From positions 64,001-128,000 of the IMG/VR virus record IMGVR_UViG_3300027833_000001: DNA of 64,000 nucleotides; one strand, 5' to 3'. The notes under the pieces were generated by a model, which searched no databases, had not been told where the DNA came from, and was given only the letters and a program-made list of their open reading frames with translations. Position 1 is the stretch's first letter, and each line of letters begins with the position of its first letter. The position numbers were made by a program, and so were the translations under genes. Shown piece after piece: positions 1-8,955 of this stretch. The DNA comes from a virus.

Positions 1-1386
1 AGATTCGGTGAAAGTGAAGAAGGTAAGTATCTTGTTAATGGTAGCACATTTGATATGCAATTTGAACACCACCCACAGGCATTGACTAGTTGTAGTGTTT
101 ATCCTAGTATGGTCCACGCCGGAGTTGATGTCACTGCCCAAAATACGATGGATCGTAAGGCGGTCAACATCTATCCAGTAGACTTATGGGTACATATGAA
201 CTTTGATACAGTCATTGATAAGATATCAGAAGAAGCAAAGACACTGATAAGAAAAGGAGACTTAATACTGTATCTAACTCTTTCTGGTGAGGCTTTTGGA
301 TGTGATGAGCAAAATTGGATAGCAGATTTAACAGATGGCATTGTAAGGAACAACCTGACTGATGCTAAGATTGCAATACAATGTGCCGATATGAATTTTG
401 AAGCTAACTATGATGCTTGGTTAAAAAACAACCAAGTAAGTTATACATTCCGTAATGTGTTCTCAATAGACTTTTTTCAGTGGACGTACTCAAAGCAATT
501 TCAGATGCGAACTGGTAAATGGAGTTGGGAGAACAATGCTCCCAAAAGATATAATGGTATACAAGTCATGTTTCCAAATGAAGTATTACATGGCACTACT
601 CCTGGCACTGAGAAAACTGGTGACTTACTATGCTTAAATGGAATGTCTAGACCACATAGAATCGCAACTGTCGCTGAGTTACATAGACTTGGTTGTTCGA
701 ATGACTTTGTAAGTTTATTGTGGCGGTACCAAGATATAAATAATCTAACAGGACTAGATAATGTAAAGAGTCATATCATGGATAACCTATTAGCGTCGGC
801 TGAACAGAAAGAATATTTTAATGAATATTTCGATATAAGTCCCAACAATATTCAACCACATCCAGGAATTATTGATATTGACCTACAAGAAAATATTTTC
901 TTGAATGATGATAGAAGAATTGAATTATCACACTACACAAAAACTTTTTTCAGTCTAGTTACCGAAACTGTTTTTGATTCAGGTAAGTCTGCGGTCAACA
1001 AAAATGGGTTTACGAGTATTGATCAGTTTGATAACGGTATATGTTTTATTACAGAAAAGACATATAAACCTATAGCGTATTTTCATCCATTCATTCTTAT
1101 GGGTTCTTTTAAGTCACTTGAATACTTACGAAAATCAGGATACGAAACTTTTCCAGAAATGTTTGATGAGAGTTATGACACTATGGAAGATTCTAAAGAC
1201 AGATTTAATGCTGTTATAGAACAAGTACGATTATGGAAAGAAAAAACACAAGAAGAAAAAATCACAATTTATGATTCTATTGTACCAAAGTTGGTACACA
1301 ATCATAATACTTTAATAAAGAAGTCTGCCCTACTTGATGCGGTAGCGTTTGAAGACTATAGTAAAATAGGGAGTGCATTGTTATGA
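1..1386 (+). CDS. Putative glycosyltransferase-like protein ('TEKT' family of marine phages), 5'-truncated by the window edge
   Basis: The frame is open from base 1 and in frame with the ATG at 55. C-terminal FSLVTET..FITEKTYKPI..HPFI..G..LEYLR..GYETF..FDESYD block is shared with 4758..5957 and 17803..18870. Sits next to UDP-glucose dehydrogenase. Confidence 0.55.
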   Translation, partial: RFGESEEGKYLVNGSTFDMQFEHHPQALTSCSVYPSMVHAGVDVTAQNTMDRKAVNIYPVDLWVHMNFDTVIDKISEEAKTLIRKGDLILYLTLSGEAFGCDEQNWIADLTDGIVRNNLTDAKIAIQCADMNFEANYDAWLKNNQVSYTFRNVFSIDFFQWTYSKQFQMRTGKWSWENNAPKRYNGIQVMFPNEVLHGTTPGTEKTGDLLCLNGMSRPHRIATVAELHRLGCSNDFVSLLWRYQDINNLTGLDNVKSHIMDNLLASAEQKEYFNEYFDISPNNIQPHPGIIDIDLQENIFLNDDRRIELSHYTKTFFSLVTETVFDSGKSAVNKNGFTSIDQFDNGICFITEKTYKPIAYFHPFILMGSFKSLEYLRKSGYETFPEMFDESYDTMEDSKDRFNAVIEQVRLWKEKTQEEKITIYDSIVPKLVHNHNTLIKKSALLDAVAFEDYSKIGSALL

Positions 1387-2537
1387 AAATAGGCTTTATT
1401 GGATTCGGTAAATTGGGTCAACCATGTGGAGAAGTAATTAAACTTAAAGGGCATGATGTAAAGGCATATGATGTAGCTAAAATTGATACATTCGTGCCAA
1501 TGTGTGACACTATAGAAGAAACTGTCAAAGATAGGCATATTGTGTTTGTTGCAGTTCCCACACCACATGATCCAGCGTATGAAGGAAGTTCGCCAACACA
1601 TCACTTACCTCCAAAAGACTTTTCTTATGATATCGTGAAAGATGTTATTATAGAAGCTAATAAACACATGAATCCAGACCAAATGTTGGTGGTTATAAGC
1701 ACTGTGTTACCGGGCACTGTACGTAGAGAGTTCGTACCATTAGTTACTAACACTAGATTTGTATATAACCCATACTTGATTGCTATGGGTACAGTCGCTT
1801 GGGATATGGTAAACCCAGAGATGGTAATGATTGGCACAGAAGATGGTGACACATCTAAAGAAGCTGGAGAACTAATTTACTTTTATGCAAGTATCATGGA
1901 GAATGATCCTCGTTATGTTGTAGGCACATGGGATGAATGTGAGTGTATCAAAGTTTTCTACAATACATTTATTAGTGCCAAGATAGGTCTTGTGAACATG
2001 ATACAAGATGTTGCAGAAAAACAGGGTAATATCAATGTTGATGTTGTTGCAGATGCATTGAGAGATAGCACTCAAAGAATTATGGGTCCTTCTTATATGA
2101 AACCTGGCATGGGTGACGGCGGTGCTTGTCACCCCAGAGACAATATTGCTTTACGTTATATGGCTGAAGAATTAAATCTTGGTTATGATATGTTTGCTGA
2201 AATTATGAAAGCTAGAGACATACAAGCAGAGAATATGGCAAAAGCCATACTGGATAAAGGAGAAGTTGTATACTTCACTTCAGACAGCTACAAACCAAAA
2301 GTCAAATATACAAATGGTAGTTATAGTTTACTTGTACAAGATTACGTAAAATCTTTGGGAGGGGAAGTGGCAACTGATCCATCTTGTGCAGAAGTTATTG
2401 TTATTGTACACCAAGGAGATACAGTGGGAGATGACGTACAAGTACCTAAAGAGGTTATCTACTTTGATCCTTGGAGAACATACAAGAGCGATACTAATTA
2501 TGTTATCCATTACGGCAATACAAGGAGAATTAAATGA
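1383..2537 (+). CDS. ugd: UDP-glucose/GDP-mannose 6-dehydrogenase
   Basis: N-terminal IGFIGFGKLG Rossmann motif, FVAVPTP, ISTVLPGT, KVFYNTF and catalytic GGACHPRD. Confidence 0.9.
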   Translation: MKIGFIGFGKLGQPCGEVIKLKGHDVKAYDVAKIDTFVPMCDTIEETVKDRHIVFVAVPTPHDPAYEGSSPTHHLPPKDFSYDIVKDVIIEANKHMNPDQMLVVISTVLPGTVRREFVPLVTNTRFVYNPYLIAMGTVAWDMVNPEMVMIGTEDGDTSKEAGELIYFYASIMENDPRYVVGTWDECECIKVFYNTFISAKIGLVNMIQDVAEKQGNINVDVVADALRDSTQRIMGPSYMKPGMGDGGACHPRDNIALRYMAEELNLGYDMFAEIMKARDIQAENMAKAILDKGEVVYFTSDSYKPKVKYTNGSYSLLVQDYVKSLGGEVATDPSCAEVIVIVHQGDTVGDDVQVPKEVIYFDPWRTYKSDTNYVIHYGNTRRIK

Positions 2538-2647
2538 AACAACTATGGGACAAAATACGCGCACCATATCTCAGATGGAAACTAAAACGAGAGTATAGGA
2601 AACGCATCAAAGAATTACAAGATAGAGATCCTTTTATATATGATTGA
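2534..2647 (+). CDS. Small basic protein (37 aa, MKQLWDKIRAPYLRWKLKREYRKRIKELQDRDPFIYD)
   Basis: Fills the ugd-carbamoyltransferase gap, overlapping both neighbours (ATGA at 2534); GGAG upstream. Below the ORF-track length cutoff. Confidence 0.65.
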   Translation: MKQLWDKIRAPYLRWKLKREYRKRIKELQDRDPFIYD

Positions 2648-4079
2648 ATGGGGAGTTAGTGCTGGCACACATGATGCCTCTTTGACTGTGATGTACGACA
2701 ATGGTTGGTCTACACCAGAAATTATTTTTGCATCGCATTCTGAAAGATATAGCAGATTTAAAAATGACAAGCACTTAAATGAAAGTTTAATACGTGAGGC
2801 TCTCAAGTATGGGCGACCCGATGTGGTTTACTGGTATGAGAATCCTCTACTTAAAGCAACTCGTAAGTTATATGCTAGACAGAGTAAACCTTGGCTTAGT
2901 CCTAAGAAGTATCTTAGAGAATGGGGTATCGATGCACCAGTAAAATGGGGTAATCACCATGAGAGTCATATGGCAGCCGGGTACTATACACGACCAAAAA
3001 ATTGGAGTACTGATTGTGCTACTCTTGTTATTGATGCTATAGGAGAATGGACAACTACTAGCATTTGGTACAATGATGAGCAATTGTGGACTCAGAATTA
3101 TCCTAAATCATTCGGATTGTTTTATTCTGCATTTACAGATAGAATTGGATTGAAAGCAAATGAAGATGAATATATTCTTATGGGTATGGCAGCCTACGGT
3201 GACCCTTCTAGATTTCATAGAGAGGTATTGGATCTTTGGCATTCCGGTGTTAATCTCCATAGAGGTATTTCTTGGTGGATGCCTGAACTTACTGAAGACG
3301 ATTATTTCGATGTAGCCGCGGCTGTTCAAACAGTATATGAGTATCAGTTTAGAATGTTACTTCAGAAAGCCCATACAATAACAAATACAAATAATCTAGT
3401 TTTTATGGGTGGGTGTGCATTGAATTGTCTTGCAAATCGATTGATACCAGATTACTTCAAGAATCATTGGATAATGCCTAATCCAGGAGATGCTGGTTCT
3501 TCATTGGGCGCTATATTAGCACACAAGAAATGTCATATTGATTTTAATGTTTATTTGGGTGAATCCATATATGGTAAATATCCAGTTAAGGCTTTGTTAG
3601 AGGAATTGAAAACTACTGGTATTGTAGGTGTTGCAAACGGTCAAGCAGAGTTTGGACCTAGAGCATTGGGTAATAGAAGTTTATTAGCTGATCCTAGAGG
3701 TAAGAAGATGCAAGACAAAGTAAACGCAATCAAACAACGACAAGAGTTTAGACCATTCGCTCCAGTTATTCTACAGAGAAACGCATATAAGTATTTTGAT
3801 GTGAATAAAAACTTTTCATCTCCGTATATGCAACAAGTAGTCAGATGTTTAGAGCCTAAAAAGTATCCTGCAATAGTACATAAAGATGGTACTAGCAGAG
3901 TTCAGACAGTAACTAGTCAAGATCATAAAGGGTTATACAAGCTACTGACACGATGGGAAGCAGAAACAGGATGTCCTATGTTGTTAAACACTAGTCTTAA
4001 TATCAAAGGTGAGCCAATAGTAAACTCCAGACAAGATGCTGAAGACTTTGAAATGGAATATGGTGTAAAGGTCTTTTAA
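2640..4079 (+). CDS. Carbamoyltransferase (NodU/CmcH/TobZ family)
   Basis: HDAS, ERYSRFKND, HHESH, DAIGE, EYILMGMAAYG, GGCALNC, PGDAGSSLGA, EFGPRALGNRSLLADPR, FRPFAP, LLNTSLN. Confidence 0.93.
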   Translation: MIEWGVSAGTHDASLTVMYDNGWSTPEIIFASHSERYSRFKNDKHLNESLIREALKYGRPDVVYWYENPLLKATRKLYARQSKPWLSPKKYLREWGIDAPVKWGNHHESHMAAGYYTRPKNWSTDCATLVIDAIGEWTTTSIWYNDEQLWTQNYPKSFGLFYSAFTDRIGLKANEDEYILMGMAAYGDPSRFHREVLDLWHSGVNLHRGISWWMPELTEDDYFDVAAAVQTVYEYQFRMLLQKAHTITNTNNLVFMGGCALNCLANRLIPDYFKNHWIMPNPGDAGSSLGAILAHKKCHIDFNVYLGESIYGKYPVKALLEELKTTGIVGVANGQAEFGPRALGNRSLLADPRGKKMQDKVNAIKQRQEFRPFAPVILQRNAYKYFDVNKNFSSPYMQQVVRCLEPKKYPAIVHKDGTSRVQTVTSQDHKGLYKLLTRWEAETGCPMLLNTSLNIKGEPIVNSRQDAEDFEMEYGVKVF

Positions 4080-4777
4080 TGCGTATCGTAGTTGGTGGTG
4101 ATAGTTGGACTAAAGGATGGGGCTTGGATTTTGCGATGGGTCAAGCACCATGGCCATGTTACTTAGACGGTAATAATGAAGTTAATAATGTCTCGCAAAG
4201 TGGTGATAGCAACTCAATAATCTGCCAAGAAATAAAATCAGCATATCATAAAAATAAACCCGATCTAATCATTGTCGGATGGACAAGTATGCTGAGATGT
4301 CACACAACAAGAGGCACTAAAGGTTGCCCCGCTGAGTCGTCCTATGTAGAGTGGTTAGCGAACAAATATGAAGCATCAACTATTGATGACTTTAGAAGTC
4401 AATGGTTTGATTATGTAAATCAGATTGAATCATTACCCTGCAATGTAATACACTTTACTGTATTTGGAGATGAATTACCACCTGTTAAGAACAAGATAGA
4501 TAAATCATATCTGGAGTATCTTGCCAACGACTCGGGCTATAACTTTCTATATCGTATCCCAACATTTGAGTTTGGACTATTACAGAAAGAAAGCGCCAAA
4601 AGCATGAAAATGTTATTTCAAAATTCTGGTGTTGAAGACTATGAATTGGCGTGTTTTGAAAGAGATAAAGTCCAGCTAGATTTTCAAAGCTCCAATTTTC
4701 AGATATGTGGTCATCCTACACATATAGGACACATGAAATGGGGAGAGGAAGTAAACCGTGCCATTCGATCATTATAA
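4079..4777 (+). CDS. SGNH/GDSL-hydrolase-like protein
   Basis: N-terminal GDSWTKG, N.S.SG.SN block and C-terminal GHP...GH..W. Confidence 0.6.
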   Translation: MRIVVGGDSWTKGWGLDFAMGQAPWPCYLDGNNEVNNVSQSGDSNSIICQEIKSAYHKNKPDLIIVGWTSMLRCHTTRGTKGCPAESSYVEWLANKYEASTIDDFRSQWFDYVNQIESLPCNVIHFTVFGDELPPVKNKIDKSYLEYLANDSGYNFLYRIPTFEFGLLQKESAKSMKMLFQNSGVEDYELACFERDKVQLDFQSSNFQICGHPTHIGHMKWGEEVNRAIRSL

Positions 4778-5957
4778 TTTTATATCATGTGTGACTGACA
4801 ATGTAGAAACAGTATTTTTTAAGAACGAAGAAGTAGAAGCTGAACACTACATAGACAAAAGACCCAGAGAAGAAGTATATCACTACTTGGTAGATAGTGC
4901 CTTTAATTTTGAAAAGGACACTATGGTAATATATGTCAAGGGCTACAAGTATAGCAATGGACATTCAAGTATTGTTAATCATATAAAGAAAGTCTCTCCC
5001 AAAAAAATAATCATATTCAATGATGACGCACACACTCCTTGGCAAGAACTTGATCTCATTATAGATACGCTTAGAGGTAAGACGCATGAAGGTCTTCTTA
5101 TCTCATATCTTGTTGCAGAGTCTGGCATAGAAGACTACGAGATATATGACTGTGAGTATGGTGCTTTACACTACTACCACAGCAACATACAAGCCGATAG
5201 GTACCATTACTACAATATATGGACTCATACGTATGTTCCACATTCTAGATTGTTATTAGAAGAATATAAACCCAATGATGATATTCAATACAAAGTTTGT
5301 TGTTGCAGTAAGAAGCCAGACATACATAGAGCATTAGCCGCCATCTGTTTAATTGGCAGAGAAGATGTTAAGTTGACGTATTACGAAAAGCATAGATTAC
5401 AAGAGATACATCGAATGATTTCTTATACGAATACTGACAAAGTTATCAATCCACCAGAACCTACATTTATGACATTGCCAGAAAAGTACAAGAAGTTGAT
5501 TAATGATAATCACAAAAAGTTTTTAGAAACTGACTTGACTTGGGACGTAAGTGCGATAAACCAGATTGCTGGACATGAGCAAGTCAAGACAATAGCACTA
5601 TCTAGAGATTCATTCCTAACAGTTGTACCAGAAACTCTGTGGGATACACAAACCAGATTCTGGTCAGAGAAGACATTAAAACCTATGTTGATGCACAGAC
5701 CTTTTGTGTTATTAGCCCCACCAAAAACATTAGACAAAATACGAAGATTAGGATTTCAGACGTTTAGTAATTTTTGGGATGAGTCTTATGATGAAGAATT
5801 GGATCATGGAAAAAGATTTGCTATGGTAATGGATATCGTGGATGATATTCTAAATAAAAGTAAGGAAGATTTAATATTTCTTTTAAAAGAAATGGGACCC
5901 ATACTAGCACACAATTTAAATCATGTGAGTGAGTTGACAAAGAGGAAAATAATGTAG
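4758..5957 (+). CDS. Putative glycosyltransferase-like protein ('TEKT' family)
   Basis: GTG start with GGGAGAGG RBS; VVPET..WSEKTLKPML..RPFV..LGFQTF..WDESYD. Confidence 0.55.
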   Translation: MPFDHYNFISCVTDNVETVFFKNEEVEAEHYIDKRPREEVYHYLVDSAFNFEKDTMVIYVKGYKYSNGHSSIVNHIKKVSPKKIIIFNDDAHTPWQELDLIIDTLRGKTHEGLLISYLVAESGIEDYEIYDCEYGALHYYHSNIQADRYHYYNIWTHTYVPHSRLLLEEYKPNDDIQYKVCCCSKKPDIHRALAAICLIGREDVKLTYYEKHRLQEIHRMISYTNTDKVINPPEPTFMTLPEKYKKLINDNHKKFLETDLTWDVSAINQIAGHEQVKTIALSRDSFLTVVPETLWDTQTRFWSEKTLKPMLMHRPFVLLAPPKTLDKIRRLGFQTFSNFWDESYDEELDHGKRFAMVMDIVDDILNKSKEDLIFLLKEMGPILAHNLNHVSELTKRKIM

Positions 5958-6797
5958 ATGGCTGAAATACTCCACATGAAAACCAGAAAGGTTGATATAG
6001 AACAGATTCATGTATATGGATGTTCGATGCCAGCTGGTGATGAATTGACTGTTCCAAGAGATAAAGACTATGTTCCTTTGGCAGGAAAAGAACTATTGGC
6101 GTGCGAAAAATCTGACAAACGGCAAGCATTCCCAAAGACTGTTGGTGATCATTTTGATATACCAGTTATCAATAATGCATTTTGGGGTGCATCAAATGAG
6201 CAGAGTGCATACATCTTACTTGAAGATATAATGAAACAAAGAATAGAGCGCAACCATGCAGTGTTCTTTTGTGTTACAATGATAACCCGTATTATGCACT
6301 TTGATAAAGATGATGGACACCCAATGTCTTTACAATTGGGTAAACCAGATGTGCTGAATAAAATTGCAGATGATGAGACTATAGTTAATCATTATAACGA
6401 CTTTAAGATGTTGTACCAATACTACACAACGATGCATCAAGTTATGTTGTTATGTAAATCTATAGGTGCTCCATTGTTCTTCATACCGATGTATGAACAT
6501 CCTACATGGAACTTAATGAGAGACTATATTCCATATGATCGTAAACTTAAAAAGAAACCGGATATAGTCAGGAATGAATGGAAATTTAGAAAAATTATTG
6601 ATAATATAGCAAGAGAAATGAATGGAGTATCTCTTTGTATAAATCCTATACGTATTGCAACATTCAACTGGTATACCAACAGTTTAGAGGAAAAGGGTAA
6701 AAAATATTATAGTGCAGGAGGTCATCCTAATAAATATGCACATGACCAGTATGCACAGAGATTAATTGAATTGCTAACACCCGAAAAAGCTAAATAG
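5958..6797 (+). CDS. SGNH-hydrolase-like protein
   Basis: YGCSMPAGDEL, NNAFWGASN and C-terminal GGHPN..AH. Confidence 0.55.
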   Translation: MAEILHMKTRKVDIEQIHVYGCSMPAGDELTVPRDKDYVPLAGKELLACEKSDKRQAFPKTVGDHFDIPVINNAFWGASNEQSAYILLEDIMKQRIERNHAVFFCVTMITRIMHFDKDDGHPMSLQLGKPDVLNKIADDETIVNHYNDFKMLYQYYTTMHQVMLLCKSIGAPLFFIPMYEHPTWNLMRDYIPYDRKLKKKPDIVRNEWKFRKIIDNIAREMNGVSLCINPIRIATFNWYTNSLEEKGKKYYSAGGHPNKYAHDQYAQRLIELLTPEKAK

Positions 6798-6801
6798 AAT
6801 T

Positions 6802-7110
6802 ATGAGCAATGTCATTCAGTTTCCATTGAATGCGAGATCACCAGAATATGAACCATCTGGTTATCGTATAAACCTTTACACGGAAGATCAAATAGAAGTG
6901 GTCTTACTCTGTGTCAACCTCTGTGAAGAGCAAGATTCCACAAAAAAATACGCGCGGAAGGATCTAAAATTAATGGATCCAGTATTCGTTATGGTCCGTA
7001 TGAACGTCTGTTTAGACAATAAATTTCTTTCACAACCAGCAAAGGAGGCGATCTTAAAAATTGTTAATTCAATCGAAGTAATTCCTATATCATCACTACA
7101 GCAAAAGTAA
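6802..7110 (+). CDS. Hypothetical protein
   Basis: ORF starting MSNVIQFP, preceded by late-promoter-like CTAAATA at 6790-6796. Confidence 0.6.
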   Translation: MSNVIQFPLNARSPEYEPSGYRINLYTEDQIEVVLLCVNLCEEQDSTKKYARKDLKLMDPVFVMVRMNVCLDNKFLSQPAKEAILKIVNSIEVIPISSLQQK

Positions 7111-7141
7111 GTTTTCACTAACCAACTAGGATTACACAAAT

Positions 7142-7903
7142 ATGCCAAGACGGAAATCCAATCTTCAGGTAATTTCTCAATACGAAGATGAAATTCGCCA
7201 ACCACAAAAAAATAATCAATGTAAAATTAAAATTGATGACCTAAAGACAATAGGAGCCCTTACAGAAACTCAAGGTCAATTCTTCTCTCAATATCCCACA
7301 GCAAACGCTATGTTACTACATGGTTCAGCTGGTACAGGGAAAACATTCATAGCCCTCTATAAAGCACTAGAGGAAGTTCTAGATCCATCCTCCAGATACG
7401 AAAAAGTAGTCATTATTCGCTCGGCTGTCCCTTCAAGAGATATCGGACATTTGCCTGGCGATCAAGATGAGAAAACTGCTGTCTATATGCAACCCTATAT
7501 TGATATGTGCGAAAAACTTATTCCACAAAAACGGGGTTCATTCAAGCGGCTCATCGAAAATAAGTATGTGGAGTGGATGATTACCTCGTTTGTTAGAGGC
7601 ATAACTCTGGATAACGCAGTCATAATTGTTGATGAGTGCCAGAATATGAACGATATGGAGCTAAATTCAGTCTTGACAAGAGTGGGAGATAATAGTAAGA
7701 TAGTGATGTGTGGAGATTTTAGGCAGTCTGACCTATATAAGAATAGAGCAGATAATTCTGGCTTACAGAAATTTATGGTAATTGCGGAAGATATGAAGTC
7801 TTTCAAAATAATGGAGTTCACACCAGACGATATTGTTAGGAGCAAGTTCGTCAAAGAGTATATTGTAGCAAGAATGCGCTATGAGGATGTGCATGGTAGC
7901 TAA
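7142..7903 (+). CDS. phoH: PhoH-family ATPase
   Basis: Walker A GSAGTGKT, IGHLPGD, FVRGITL, IIVDECQN, LTRVG, GDFRQSDL, DIVRS. Confidence 0.95.
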   Translation: MPRRKSNLQVISQYEDEIRQPQKNNQCKIKIDDLKTIGALTETQGQFFSQYPTANAMLLHGSAGTGKTFIALYKALEEVLDPSSRYEKVVIIRSAVPSRDIGHLPGDQDEKTAVYMQPYIDMCEKLIPQKRGSFKRLIENKYVEWMITSFVRGITLDNAVIIVDECQNMNDMELNSVLTRVGDNSKIVMCGDFRQSDLYKNRADNSGLQKFMVIAEDMKSFKIMEFTPDDIVRSKFVKEYIVARMRYEDVHGS

Positions 7904-7913
7904 GTCATTGATT
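7901..7913 (-). promoter_or_regulatory. IHF-consensus site
   Basis: Minus strand reads AATCAATGACTTA, an exact WATCAANNNNTTR match, about 40 bp upstream of a sigma70 -35 box. Confidence 0.45.
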
Positions 7914-7952
7914 TTGTTGACTTTAAATATTACGTAAAAAGCGTAAAAAAGG

Positions 7953-7981
7953 TTGACATTTGGCTATTGTTTTGCTATAAT
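7953..7981 (+). promoter_or_regulatory. Sigma70-type (early) promoter
   Basis: TTGACA (7953-7958), 17-nt spacer, TATAAT (7976-7981), extended -10 TG and A-tracts upstream. Confidence 0.85.
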
Positions 7982-7987
7982 AGTCTT

Positions 7988-8650
7988 ATGAAAATATTTA
8001 ATCACTTAGATTTACCAGAACTTCCTAGTCTTTCCAGAAAGAATATTGATGGAAAGCGTATGTATTGTACCGATAGTGGTGATAGATATCCGTCTATCAC
8101 TACTGTCCTCTCCTGTCGTGGCAAGAAAGGTTTGTACGAATGGAGACAGCGTGTTGGATCAGTAGAAGCTGATAAAGTCAGTAAGAAAGCATCTACACGT
8201 GGTACCAAAATTCACAAGATATGTGAAGACTATATCAACAATGAACCTCTACCAGAACTGACCCTAGTCGAACAAGAGACTTGGAACACGTTTAGACCTG
8301 TTGTAGAGCGTATCGATAACATCCATCATGTAGAACCATTCATGTTCAGTAACCATCTTGGTATTGCTGGTCAGTGTGATTGTATTGCAGAGTTTGATGG
8401 TAAACTGTCTATTATAGATTTCAAGACCTCACGTAGACTCAAATCTCACAAAATGATATCAAGTTACTTTGCACAGTGTGCCGCGTATGCAATCATGTAC
8501 GAAGAGTTGACTGGCATTGCAATCAATAGAACTGTTATATTAATGGCAGTTGATGATGAGCAACCACAGATATTCATTGAGAAGCGTGATAATTATGTCG
8601 ATTATTTACTAGAAAGTAAACGTATGTTTGAAGCTGGTGAAATTGATTAA
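7988..8650 (+). CDS. Cas4-like PD-(D/E)XK exonuclease of T4-like phages
   Basis: YPSITTVL, WRQRVG, RGTKIH..CE, AGQCDCIAEFDGKLSIIDFKTS, YFAQCAAYA. Start moved to ATG 7988 because the TTG at 7967 lies inside the promoter. Confidence 0.85.
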   Translation: MKIFNHLDLPELPSLSRKNIDGKRMYCTDSGDRYPSITTVLSCRGKKGLYEWRQRVGSVEADKVSKKASTRGTKIHKICEDYINNEPLPELTLVEQETWNTFRPVVERIDNIHHVEPFMFSNHLGIAGQCDCIAEFDGKLSIIDFKTSRRLKSHKMISSYFAQCAAYAIMYEELTGIAINRTVILMAVDDEQPQIFIEKRDNYVDYLLESKRMFEAGEID

Positions 8651-8659
8651 TATGAGACT

Positions 8660-8667
8660 ACTAAATA
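8660..8667 (+). promoter_or_regulatory. T4 late-promoter variant upstream of the tmRNA gene
   Basis: ACTAAATA followed by GAACT, the same downstream context as the TATAAATAGAACT promoter of gp25. Confidence 0.5.
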
Positions 8668-8672
8668 GAACT

Positions 8673-8930
8673 ACTAGATTTGATGAAGCGTATATTAGGA
8701 AGTTTGGACGCGGGTGCAACTCCCGCCGCCTCCACCATAAGCACATTTTGACGAGTGTTCTTATGTTGGGGGCGAGTTAGGTTCGACAGGCAACTGAAGG
8801 TACGTGGAGAATCGGTGCGGAAGCTACCGTAAACGCAACAAAACCTATAAATGCCAACGATGAGGTATTTGCACTAGCCGCATAAGCTAGTCGGGGTATG
8901 GGATCCACCTTGTAATCCAACGGTCCCACT
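8673..8930 (+). ncRNA. ssrA: Circularly permuted two-piece tmRNA (acceptor piece, intervening segment, coding piece); tag (A)ANDEVFALAA
   Basis: T arm GCGGG/CCCGC (8710-8726) and acceptor 3' strand CGCCTCC-A-CCA (8727-8737) come before the 5' strand GGGGGCG (8768-8774), giving the G3.U Ala identity pair. GGTTCGAC follows. Tag GCC AAC GAT GAG GTA TTT GCA CTA GCC GCA TAA at 8853-8885. Stop-codon hairpin ACTAGC/GCTAGT and pseudoknots on both sides. Ends are approximate. Confidence 0.93.
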
Positions 8931-8955
8931 TTTAAAGGCAAGAAGGATAAACTAT

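Noticed and set aside
5955-5960. TAG immediately followed by an in-frame ATG, suggesting stop-codon reassignment or read-through
   Set aside because: Conserved genes such as gp19, gp8 and gp26 end at TAG at their expected C-termini, and long ORFs are intact in the standard code.
7967-7987. Longer TTG start for the exonuclease (likewise the extended starts at 10670, 17345, 22591, 44698 and 62037)
   Set aside because: These starts fall inside promoters or upstream genes; downstream ATGs fit RBS position, gene coupling or family N-termini better.
8706-8737. Stand-alone tRNA-Ala or tRNA fragment (attP-like)
   Set aside because: No anticodon arm. The matching acceptor 5' strand and a tag ORF lie downstream, so it is the acceptor piece of the permuted tmRNA.
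7988-8955. Cas4-like gene with an adjacent non-coding gap as a possible CRISPR locus
   Set aside because: No repeat-spacer array or other cas genes; the gap is explained by the tmRNA.
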